A DNA stretch of 57,390 nt from an uncultured Bacteroidaceae bacterium (GTDB taxonomy: Bacteria; Bacillota; Clostridia; Christensenellales; CAG-917): positions 1 to 57,390 of the forward strand of contig CAZSAC010000003.1 in NCBI GenBank assembly GCA_964604875.1, written 5' to 3'. This document shows, piece by piece, positions 8,482 through 16,111 of the stretch (positions are counted from its first letter, which is position 1; each line of letters opens with the position of its first letter). Both the position numbers and the translations under genes were made by a program. The notes below the pieces were generated by a model, which was not told the origin of the DNA, ran no database searches, and was given only the letters and a program-made list of their open reading frames with translations.

Positions 8482-9447
8482 ATGGAAACAGGCGCTCACC
8501 TCAAAAAAACCGCAATACTTTCTGTAGGTTTGTTTATAGCTATATTCGGAGGATTGTTGACCATTGCGTCATTTTTTGATTTTCAAATAAACAAAATTTT
8601 ATGCGATTTAGAAGCGGGCGAATATATTTCCTCTAACGGTTTCGGATTATTTTTTGAGGCGATAGGAAGCTCTCCTATCTATATTATGAGCGGTATTGCT
8701 TGTACCATTTGGTTCTGGGCGACACTTCGAAAAAAGAAAATGCCCTTGGCAGTTTTATGCGCAGGGCTTGTGATTTTTGCAAACTATATCTTTTTCAGCG
8801 ATATTTTCAAGTATGTGGGCGAGCACTTTGCCGCCTACGCCTCTAGGACGTCGGGCATTGCTGTTTCCGATGATTTTATCGACAGCTTCTATATTAAAAC
8901 CATATGCGTTTTACTTTCCGCTATGCTTTCAGCATTATTGATTATCTCTTGGGGGTGGATTTCCCCTCAAACAAATGAAAAACTTGTCAAGTGGGGTTTT
9001 GTCATTCTTACCGCGCTGGTTTGCTATTTGGTTGTAACCTTTATTAAAGCTCCCGTCGGACGTATGCGTTACCGCTCTATGAACGTGACCGGAAATTGGG
9101 GCGATTTTACAAATTGGTGGGTTATAAACGGCAAAAGAACGGTGGAAGGCTTGCCGTCAGACAGCTGTAAGTCCTTTCCCTCGGGGCATACCTATTCGGC
9201 TGCTGTGATTTATACTCTTGTTTGTCTGCCCAACATTTTGGAAAGCTGGAACAAAAAATGGATTAAAATTGCTGTTTGGACGTCGACTATCGCGTTTACA
9301 GGCATTGTCGCCGTCAGCAGATTGGTTGTAGGCGCGCACTTTATGAGCGACGTTTTAGTCGGTGGCACGCTTTCGTTCTTAGCTATAATTATCGCGCAAG
9401 AATTTCTAGTATATAAATGCGCTCATATAAAAGTTTTTAAGTCGTAA
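8482..9447 (+). CDS. PAP2-family membrane phosphatase
   Basis: Polytopic membrane protein with the PAP2 motifs KAPVGRMRYRS, PSGHT and SRLVVGAHFMSDV. The ATG at 8482 follows SD AGGAGG; an alternative upstream start is at 8467. Confidence 0.75.
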   Translation: METGAHLKKTAILSVGLFIAIFGGLLTIASFFDFQINKILCDLEAGEYISSNGFGLFFEAIGSSPIYIMSGIACTIWFWATLRKKKMPLAVLCAGLVIFANYIFFSDIFKYVGEHFAAYASRTSGIAVSDDFIDSFYIKTICVLLSAMLSALLIISWGWISPQTNEKLVKWGFVILTALVCYLVVTFIKAPVGRMRYRSMNVTGNWGDFTNWWVINGKRTVEGLPSDSCKSFPSGHTYSAAVIYTLVCLPNILESWNKKWIKIAVWTSTIAFTGIVAVSRLVVGAHFMSDVLVGGTLSFLAIIIAQEFLVYKCAHIKVFKS

Positions 9448-10153
9448 GAAACTGCGCCCCGACGTATTGCATTATCCCCGAAAATATGTGATACGCCATA
9501 AGCTCTTGAAAAGAAGCGTCGTTTAATAATGCGTCGTCTTGGGGATTGCTTAAAAAACCGCATTCGACAATAATGGACGGGATATCCGTGCATTTTACAA
9601 TATAATAATCTCCCGAAATACAATCAAATTTTCTGCGCGCATAGTTTACGTTGATATTGTCGTTTAAAATGCCTTGCATTAAATTGGCAAAGCCTCTTGA
9701 CTCTGCATTTGCGCCGTTAAAAAAAACTTGCGCGCCCCTTCTCGACGGCGACGAGTATTTATTGCAATGTATGCTTACCACAAGTTCAGGTTGGCTTTTT
9801 TCTATAATTTCTTTTCGCTTTTGAAAATCACGCTGTTTAAAGTTTTTTTCCGCAACACCATATAAGCCGTATTGATTTTCACGCGTTAACACTACGTTAA
9901 CCCCCGCCTTTTTTAGATTTTTTGCCACAAGTTTTGAAATTATAAGATTGATTTCCCTCTCATATACGCGGGAGTTTACACCAATTACTCCGCCATCTAC
10001 GCCGCCGTGACCCGGGTCGAGCACAACACAAATATCAAGCGCGCCGGCAGATACCGTTTTTACAGAAAAATAACATACGCATATCGCCATACTTATTGCG
10101 ATAAATGAAAAAACAATCAATTTATTTAAAAAAGCTTTATTAGTTTTTTTCAT
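9437..10153 (-). CDS. cwlD: N-acetylmuramoyl-L-alanine amidase, CwlD-like (Amidase_3)
   Basis: N-terminal TM segment, then LDPGHGGVDGG, SIHCN and ECGFLSNP motifs, at a length like B. subtilis CwlD. The second ATG (10153) has a GGAG SD; the longest ORF starts at 10165. Confidence 0.7.
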   Translation of the reverse strand: MKKTNKAFLNKLIVFSFIAISMAICVCYFSVKTVSAGALDICVVLDPGHGGVDGGVIGVNSRVYEREINLIISKLVAKNLKKAGVNVVLTRENQYGLYGVAEKNFKQRDFQKRKEIIEKSQPELVVSIHCNKYSSPSRRGAQVFFNGANAESRGFANLMQGILNDNINVNYARRKFDCISGDYYIVKCTDIPSIIVECGFLSNPQDDALLNDASFQELMAYHIFSGIMQYVGAQFLTT

Positions 10154-10211
10154 AATACTCCACATTACATTTTTTGATAAGAATATACATTTTTTGCATA
10201 AATAGACCTAC

Positions 10212-10265
10212 TTATCCACCGAGTTGTCCACATTTTGCACATCTTTTGTGGAAAACTCGGGATAA
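10212..10265. promoter_or_regulatory. Cluster of DnaA-box-like 9-mers
   Basis: TTATCCACC (10212-10220) and TTGTCCACA (10224-10232) lie on the plus strand. TGTGGAAAA (10247-10255, reads TTTTCCACA on minus) and TCGGGATAA (10257-10265, reads TTATCCCGA on minus) face the other way. Three boxes have one mismatch to TTATCCACA and one has two mismatches, all within 54 bp. Confidence 0.5.
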
Positions 10266-10478
10266 CTTTGTTAAAAATTAAGCAATCAACCTACTTCTTT
10301 ATTATTACAATATACGGGATTTTTACCTCAATAATGCCTTTCTTTTTTTGTCGATTTTATTCTTTTAGGCTTTGGAAAATCCTACATCCAAAAAACGCCT
10401 TTTTATGTCATTTTTCTACGTCATAAACCCCTTTTTTGATTTGTAAAATACAATAGAACAATTTGGGAGGGATTTTTT

Positions 10479-11720
10479 ATGCGGAAAATCAGCGACTTTT
10501 TATCAAAACCCTTGATTAGCTTGGCAAATGCGTCGTTTGAAGGCACAATTATTGGGGTTTTGTGCGATAAAAGACTTAGAAATATAGAATTCTTGGTTAT
10601 TTTGGTCGAAAACGAGGTTCTAGACGAGCAAAAATATGTGGCTATTAGATATGTCAAAAACACCACCGAAAATTCTGCGACAGTTTCCAATAATTTATGC
10701 ATAAAATCCGCTGAAGAGGTGGATACTGAGCGTTTCACCGAAAATCCGATTAATTCTTCTGTTTATGATTCAGATGGAAAACTTATCGGGCATCTTTGCG
10801 ACTTGCTTTTCTCCGATACCACAAAGCAAATTTGCCAAATTGACGTTGAGGGTAAGCTGCTTGAGGCAAATACCGTGGCATCTACGTCGCACGATATTGT
10901 TATTATAAACAGCAACCCCGAAAAGAGACCTTATAAGGTGCCCCCCCGCAAGGTTAAAAAACCAAAAGAAGACATAAAAGTTACGCTGTTGGACGAAAAA
11001 CCAAATTTTTGCAATGCTCATCAAAATAATGTCCCTTTAGAATCTGAGACTTTGGCGCCTCCACCAACGGATATAGAGGTCGCCATTCAAGATACTCGCT
11101 CAAGTGAGCCGATAATTGAAAACTCTATCGATGTTTCAACTGAGGAATTAAACGACAACGTGAATGAGGTTTTGAACGAGGAACTAACTTTGGACGCTTC
11201 CGACATTAATCAACCTGTAGTCGAGGACTTGCATTTTTGTAATGCCGATACGGCTTTTGAAGACTATTGTGAATCCTCTTTTGACGCGCCTGAAACACCA
11301 AAATCCGCGGTTGAAGATAGCCCCGAGGCTTTGACTAAGCCCAACTCGAATTTGTCAAAAACTCTACCACGGCAGTCCCTTATAGCAGAAGAGCTTGCCT
11401 GTGAGCTTGTAAACAAGGAAAATATAGCTACCCCTGAAGCTTTGAACTCTGAAAACGAAGTTACGGTTTCCGTTATTTCCGAGGTTAAATTTCAAGAGTT
11501 GATTTCCGACTTAAAAGACAAGGGCTTTGATGAAAAAATGCCGATTCGTCTTGTCAGCGATTACCGTTTTTTATTGGGCAGAACGGTAACCAACAATATT
11601 TATAATTTACGGAAGGAACTTGTAGTAGAAAAAAACACAACTGTGACCGTACCCGTGGTGGAACACGCTTTACGAACGGGTAAACTGATAGAGTTAATAT
11701 TAAATTCACGTCCGGTGTAA
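10479..11720 (+). CDS. Hypothetical protein with two PRC-barrel-like N-terminal repeats, an acidic linker and a conserved-looking C-terminal domain
   Basis: SD GGGAGGG lies upstream. EGTIIGVLCDKRLRNIEFLVI and DGKLIGHLCDLLFSDTTKQICQIDV resemble PRC-barrel strands. The roughly 200-aa middle is rich in E, D, S, P and N. Confidence 0.55.
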   Translation: MRKISDFLSKPLISLANASFEGTIIGVLCDKRLRNIEFLVILVENEVLDEQKYVAIRYVKNTTENSATVSNNLCIKSAEEVDTERFTENPINSSVYDSDGKLIGHLCDLLFSDTTKQICQIDVEGKLLEANTVASTSHDIVIINSNPEKRPYKVPPRKVKKPKEDIKVTLLDEKPNFCNAHQNNVPLESETLAPPPTDIEVAIQDTRSSEPIIENSIDVSTEELNDNVNEVLNEELTLDASDINQPVVEDLHFCNADTAFEDYCESSFDAPETPKSAVEDSPEALTKPNSNLSKTLPRQSLIAEELACELVNKENIATPEALNSENEVTVSVISEVKFQELISDLKDKGFDEKMPIRLVSDYRFLLGRTVTNNIYNLRKELVVEKNTTVTVPVVEHALRTGKLIELILNSRPV

Positions 11721-11741
11721 GGTATATAGGGTTATATAGCA

Positions 11742-11769
11742 AAACGGCTTGGATATCTCCAAGCCGTTT
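11742..11769 (+). terminator. Stem-loop, likely terminator of the 10479-11720 gene
   Basis: AAACGGCTTGGA-tatc-TCCAAGCCGTTT is a 12-bp perfect stem 22 nt after the stop. Its U-tract is short, so termination efficiency is uncertain. Confidence 0.5.
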
Positions 11770-11977
11770 CGCTAATTATATGATAAGGGGGAAAATTATG
11801 AGCTGTTTTATTTGTCCTCATATTACACCCTAGAAAGAGGGTTGTCAAGCCTTTTTTTAATATTTTTTCGAAATAATTAAATATTTTTTTAAAATTTAGT
11901 GTTTCAATCGGCAAATTTAAACATTGTCAGTCGATTGTATAACAAATTGGAGTCCATTTTTAGACTGCTGTATATTT

Positions 11978-12880
11978 TTAAACCTTTTCTATATAGTCTA
12001 AAACGTTTTCAACCGCAGTCGCTCCGTCGGCGCAAGCTGTAATTATCTGTCGGGCGGATTTTTTCCTTACGTCTCCTATTGCATAAATGCCCTCGCAACT
12101 TGTCCTCATTTCCTCGTCGGTTTCAATATACCCGTTTTCATCTAATCTGACGATATCTTTTACAAAGTCTGTTTCGGGTACCGTGCCTACCGCCACAAAT
12201 ACGCCGTCTAAAGACAAGGTTTTCGTTTCTCCATTCTTATCTTTCAACGTCATTTTTTCAACGCGCGTATTTCCTGATATTTCTTGCACGGTGTAGTTTA
12301 ACAAAAATTCAATATTTTTTTCTTTTTTTAGGCGTTCCACCAATAATTTTTCTGCCCGAAAGCTTTCTCTGCGATGAATTAAATATACTTGCTTTGCAAG
12401 CTTAGTCAAATAAAGCGCGTCTTTAAACGCAGTATTTCCTCCTCCGACAACGGCTACCGTTTTGTTTTTAAAAAACCCTCCGTCGCAAACTGCGCAATAG
12501 GATATCCCCGCGCCAATAAATTTTTGCTCAGACGGGATACCCAACGCCCTGTGTTTTGTGCCGACGGCAATGATAATTGCTTTGGCTTGTATTTCCTCGC
12601 CTGAACCTGTTGTCACCTTTTTTGACGAATCAACGCTTTTTATTTCGTCATATAGAAACTCCGCGCCGTATTTTTCGGCTTGATTTTTCATTTTAAAAGC
12701 CAGCTCATATCCGGCGATGCCATCTTCTGCGGGATAATTTTCAAGCTCGCTTGCCAAATTTACTTGTCCGCCTACAGCGCCTTTTTCAACCAAAAGCGTT
12801 GACAGTCCTGCCCTTGTAGCGTATATCGCCGCAGTTAAACCGGCAGGGCCTGCCCCAATTATCACCAAATCATAATTCAT
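11978..12880 (-). CDS. trxB: Thioredoxin-disulfide reductase
   Basis: GAGPAG FAD motif, redox-active CAVCDG and GGGNTA NADPH motif; 300 aa. Confidence 0.92.
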   Translation of the reverse strand: MNYDLVIIGAGPAGLTAAIYATRAGLSTLLVEKGAVGGQVNLASELENYPAEDGIAGYELAFKMKNQAEKYGAEFLYDEIKSVDSSKKVTTGSGEEIQAKAIIIAVGTKHRALGIPSEQKFIGAGISYCAVCDGGFFKNKTVAVVGGGNTAFKDALYLTKLAKQVYLIHRRESFRAEKLLVERLKKEKNIEFLLNYTVQEISGNTRVEKMTLKDKNGETKTLSLDGVFVAVGTVPETDFVKDIVRLDENGYIETDEEMRTSCEGIYAIGDVRKKSARQIITACADGATAVENVLDYIEKV

Positions 12881-13418
12881 TTTTATACCCCCTTAATATG
12901 GCAACTTTTAAAATTGCTATTTGTGTTTTTGCATCGGGAATCAAATTATCTTTGACCATTTCCACCGCCTTGTCAAAGGGGATTTTGACTATATCCAAAA
13001 ATTCGTCTTCATCAAGGTGTTGCGAAACGGTTTCAAACTCATCGGCGTAATAAATATATATTTTCTCCGTACAGTAAGCCACCGTTGGAAATAAAACACC
13101 CAAAGATTTCACTTTCTTGGCGGACAAACCGCATTCCTCAATTAACTCACGCTTGGCGGTGACTTCGGGTTGTTCTCCCTCCTCCAGCTTTCCTGCGGGG
13201 ATTTCCAACAAACACTCAGAAAAGGGGTATCTATATTGCTTGACAAAATAGGCAAAGCCTTGAGCGTCTATCGCCAAAACACAAGCGCCTCCGTTATGAT
13301 GAACCACCTCGCGCTTTGTTATTTTGCCATTTTGAAGCTTTACGTCGTCAGAAGTGACTTTCATTATCCTACCATCGAAAACCACTTGAGAATTTAATTT
13401 GATTTCTTCGTTTTCCAT
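12870..13418 (-). CDS. NUDIX hydrolase (ADP-ribose pyrophosphatase-like)
   Basis: Nudix box GKLEEGEQPEVTAKRELIEECG. It overlaps the trxB start by 11 nt. Confidence 0.8.
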   Translation of the reverse strand: MENEEIKLNSQVVFDGRIMKVTSDDVKLQNGKITKREVVHHNGGACVLAIDAQGFAYFVKQYRYPFSECLLEIPAGKLEEGEQPEVTAKRELIEECGLSAKKVKSLGVLFPTVAYCTEKIYIYYADEFETVSQHLDEDEFLDIVKIPFDKAVEMVKDNLIPDAKTQIAILKVAILRGYKNEL

Positions 13419-13462
13419 AATTACCTCTTTTTTATTTTAACACAGCGACACAACTATGTACA

Positions 13463-13490
13463 GTATAAAAATTGAAATTCGGGCAAAAAT
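13463..13490 (+). promoter_or_regulatory. Candidate forespore sigma-F-type promoter upstream of spoIIR
   Basis: GTATA (13463-13467), 14 nt, then GGCAAAAAT (13482-13490). This resembles the B. subtilis sigma-F consensus GYATA-N15-GGnRAnAnT, but the spacing is one nt short. Confidence 0.3.
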
Positions 13491-13512
13491 CAAATGCACA
13501 AGGAGTTTAAAT

Positions 13513-14055
13513 ATGAAACGAAAACTGGCGGTTATTTTTTTAGTATGTTTTATCCTTATCACTTGTCTTGGCGGATGCGCGGACGCTCACAATATGCCTG
13601 ATTGTATTCGAATACATATTCGGGCAAACAGCAACGAGGAAATTGACCAAAGCATTAAGCTTATCGTAAAAAACGATATCGTAAACGTTCTTACGCCTTT
13701 GCTGGCAAGCTGCGAAACAAAATCCGACGCTTATTCTATTATGCAAGAAAATCTAAGTCTTATGAAGGAGGTCGCCGATAAAAGGCTTGCTGTGGAAGGT
13801 TTTTCTTATGTTTCGTCCATACGGCTTTGCAAGGAGAAATTCCCCGCAAGAGAGTATCTTGGCACGGTATACGATAGCGGAGTTTACGACGCCCTTATTA
13901 TAGAGCTTGGCTCGGGAAATGGCGATAACTGGTGGTGCGTGGCTTTCCCGCCGCTATGCTTTATCCCCGCATCGGACAGCGAAAACTTTTACTATAAATC
14001 GAAAATTATGGAAATTATCGAAAAATACAAAGAGGTAAACAATGAAAAACAATAA
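13513..14055 (+). CDS. spoIIR: Stage II sporulation protein R
   Basis: Signal/TM segment followed by IRIHIRANSNEEIDQSIKLIVKNDI and GDNWWCV motifs typical of SpoIIR. The start is refined to the ATG at 13513, which follows SD AGGAG. Confidence 0.8.
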   Translation: MKRKLAVIFLVCFILITCLGGCADAHNMPDCIRIHIRANSNEEIDQSIKLIVKNDIVNVLTPLLASCETKSDAYSIMQENLSLMKEVADKRLAVEGFSYVSSIRLCKEKFPAREYLGTVYDSGVYDALIIELGSGNGDNWWCVAFPPLCFIPASDSENFYYKSKIMEIIEKYKEVNNEKQ

Positions 14056-14740
14056 AATTAAAATTACAGTCGTAGTTTTAATGTGTTTAACGGTTTTGAC
14101 AGGCGTTTTAAGTTTTTCGGGCTTGCTTGACGCAAAGCAATCGGCAGAAGCGGCGGTAGTCAAGCAAGGCTCAACCGGAAGCGACGTTAAAACAATTCAA
14201 ACGAAACTGAAAAGCTGGGGTTATTATACAGGCGCCGTGGACGGTATTTTCGGTTCAAAAACCTTACAAGCTGTCAAAAGCTTTCAGAAAACAAACGGCT
14301 TAACAGTAGACGGCATCGTTGGGGCAAAAACTGCGGCGGCTATGGGAATCACTCTATCGGGAAGCTCAACCTCAAGCGGAGGCTCCTCCAACACGGATTC
14401 CTATTTATTGGCTCGTTGCGTGTACGCAGAGGCAAGGGGCGAACCCTACACGGGGATGGTAGCGGTGGCGGCGGTAATTTTAAACCGTGTGAAGCACCCT
14501 GATTTCCCAAACACTATCGCAGGCGTAATATACCAACCTTGGGCGTTTTCTTCAGTAAATGACGGACAAATAAACTTAACGCCCAGTCAAACGGCAATCA
14601 ACGCCGCCCGAGACGCGCTAAACGGTTGGGACCCTACAAACGGGTGCATCTATTTTTATAATCCTGCAAAAACGACCAACGCTTGGATTTGGTCACGCCC
14701 TGTAAAACTGGTTATCGGAAACCACCGATTTGCAACGTGA
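14042..14740 (+). CDS. sleB: Spore cortex-lytic enzyme SleB
   Basis: Signal peptide, a PG_binding_1 repeat (GSTGSDVKTIQTKLKSWGYYTGAVDGIFGSKT) and a C-terminal SleB hydrolase domain (ARCVYAEARGEPY...IYQPWAFS). ypeB follows it. Confidence 0.85.
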   Translation: MKNNKIKITVVVLMCLTVLTGVLSFSGLLDAKQSAEAAVVKQGSTGSDVKTIQTKLKSWGYYTGAVDGIFGSKTLQAVKSFQKTNGLTVDGIVGAKTAAAMGITLSGSSTSSGGSSNTDSYLLARCVYAEARGEPYTGMVAVAAVILNRVKHPDFPNTIAGVIYQPWAFSSVNDGQINLTPSQTAINAARDALNGWDPTNGCIYFYNPAKTTNAWIWSRPVKLVIGNHRFAT

Positions 14741-14748
14741 GGTGAAAT

Positions 14749-16068
14749 ATGAAAGGCTTTAAAGTAATTCTGATATTAATGATTGTTTTTGCGCTTTCCA
14801 CTATCGGCTTATCCATTTGGCTTGGATTTGCCGTAAGTCGAAACGGAAATAATCAAACTCTTTTGGAAAATCAATATCAAAAAGCGTACTATGTGCTCTT
14901 AGACGAAACAAGCGATATGGAAATAAAAATATCCAAGCTGGTGGCGTCAAGTTCATCTAATACACAACGGGAAATGCTATATTCTGTATGGAAAAGTTCT
15001 GAAGTTGCCGCCAACAGTTTGTCGTCGTTATCCTCCCGCGACGCAACCATTACAAGCACAATGCGGTTTATCAATCAAACAGGTGACTTTTCAAAATTTC
15101 TTGCCGATAAAATCAATAAGGGAGAAAATATAAGTTCAGAGCATCTATCCAGCTTGAAAAAAATCCAGTCGATGCTGAAAAAATTTACGCAGGAGCTAAG
15201 CAAAATTCAAGAGGAAATTGCAAAGGGCTATTTATTTTTTGAAAACGTCAATACCGAAAATGACCTATTGGTCACAATTCTCGGCGGAATGAACGAAGCC
15301 TCGGTGGAATATCCTCATTTGATTTACGACGGACCTTTCAGCGACGCTCTTAACGATAAGGAAGTCAAAGGTCTGACGGGAAGCGATATTACCGCTGAGC
15401 AAGGCGCGGAAGAAATCCCTGAAATATTTGCCGACAACGTCGTACAAAACGTGCGTTTTATGGGAGAATGGAGCAGCGATATTGTAACGTTAAACTATGA
15501 AGCCGTAGTAGACGGCAAGTTAACCACAATTCAGCTTGCAAAAAAAGGAGGACAGCTTATCTCTGTCAACGCATATAGAGAAGTCGGTGAATCGACCTTA
15601 AGCGATGAAGAATGTATCAGCCTATGCAAAACTTTTTTAACGCGCAACAAATTTAGCGGTATGGAAGCGGTTTGGGTTTGCAAGGACAACGGAAACTATT
15701 ATATCAACTTTGCCCCGTTGGTTGAAAATACAATCATCTATCCCGACCTAATTAAAATTAAGATTGCCGCAGATAACGGAGATATTTTAGGCTTAGAAGC
15801 TAGAAGTTACGCCTTTAACCATATCGAAAGAACTTTGCCTACGCCCGCTTTATCCGTAAATGAAGCCAAAGACAAGATATCCGTAAAGGGAGAGTCCACC
15901 GCCGGCAGGCTTGCGCTTATCCCCTTTAAAACAAACGAGGAGCTTCTCACTTATGAATTTGAAATCACCTCCGATGGAACTTATTATGTTTATATCGACG
16001 CAAAAACCGGGGAAGAAGTAAATATCTTATATGTAATATCTTCCACCTACGGCGACCTTCTTGTTTAA
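14749..16068 (+). CDS. ypeB: Germination protein YpeB
   Basis: N-terminal TM anchor, about 440 aa, C-terminal PepSY-like repeats, and a position immediately downstream of sleB. Confidence 0.8.
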   Translation: MKGFKVILILMIVFALSTIGLSIWLGFAVSRNGNNQTLLENQYQKAYYVLLDETSDMEIKISKLVASSSSNTQREMLYSVWKSSEVAANSLSSLSSRDATITSTMRFINQTGDFSKFLADKINKGENISSEHLSSLKKIQSMLKKFTQELSKIQEEIAKGYLFFENVNTENDLLVTILGGMNEASVEYPHLIYDGPFSDALNDKEVKGLTGSDITAEQGAEEIPEIFADNVVQNVRFMGEWSSDIVTLNYEAVVDGKLTTIQLAKKGGQLISVNAYREVGESTLSDEECISLCKTFLTRNKFSGMEAVWVCKDNGNYYINFAPLVENTIIYPDLIKIKIAADNGDILGLEARSYAFNHIERTLPTPALSVNEAKDKISVKGESTAGRLALIPFKTNEELLTYEFEITSDGTYYVYIDAKTGEEVNILYVISSTYGDLLV

Positions 16069-16069
16069 A

Positions 16070-16111
16070 ACAAAAAAAAACCCCGCAACTTATTCGTTGC
16101 GGGGTTTTGTT
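16070..16111. terminator. Bidirectional rho-independent terminator
   Basis: CCCCGCAAC-ttattc-GTTGCGGGG hairpin (16080-16103) flanked by A10 and a T-rich run, between convergent genes. Confidence 0.85.

Noticed and set aside
9437-9447. 11-bp overlap of the convergent 3' ends of the PAP2 phosphatase and cwlD genes
   Set aside because: The overlap is real in the sequence, but it is a common consequence of compact genomes. No terminator or antisense-regulatory structure could be identified, so I did not promote it to a finding.
10212-10265. Interpreting the DnaA-box cluster as the chromosomal origin (oriC)
   Set aside because: No dnaA, dnaN, rpmH or gidA/parB genes are nearby. There are only about four boxes, and there is no obvious adjacent 13-mer or 27-mer AT-rich unwinding repeat set. 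A regulatory or titration cluster is more plausible.
10235-10426. 63-aa ORF in the cwlD intergenic region
   Set aside because: It has no SD and its translation is phenylalanine/isoleucine-rich, as expected for AT-rich DNA. It also overlaps the DnaA-box/promoter region, so it is probably non-coding.
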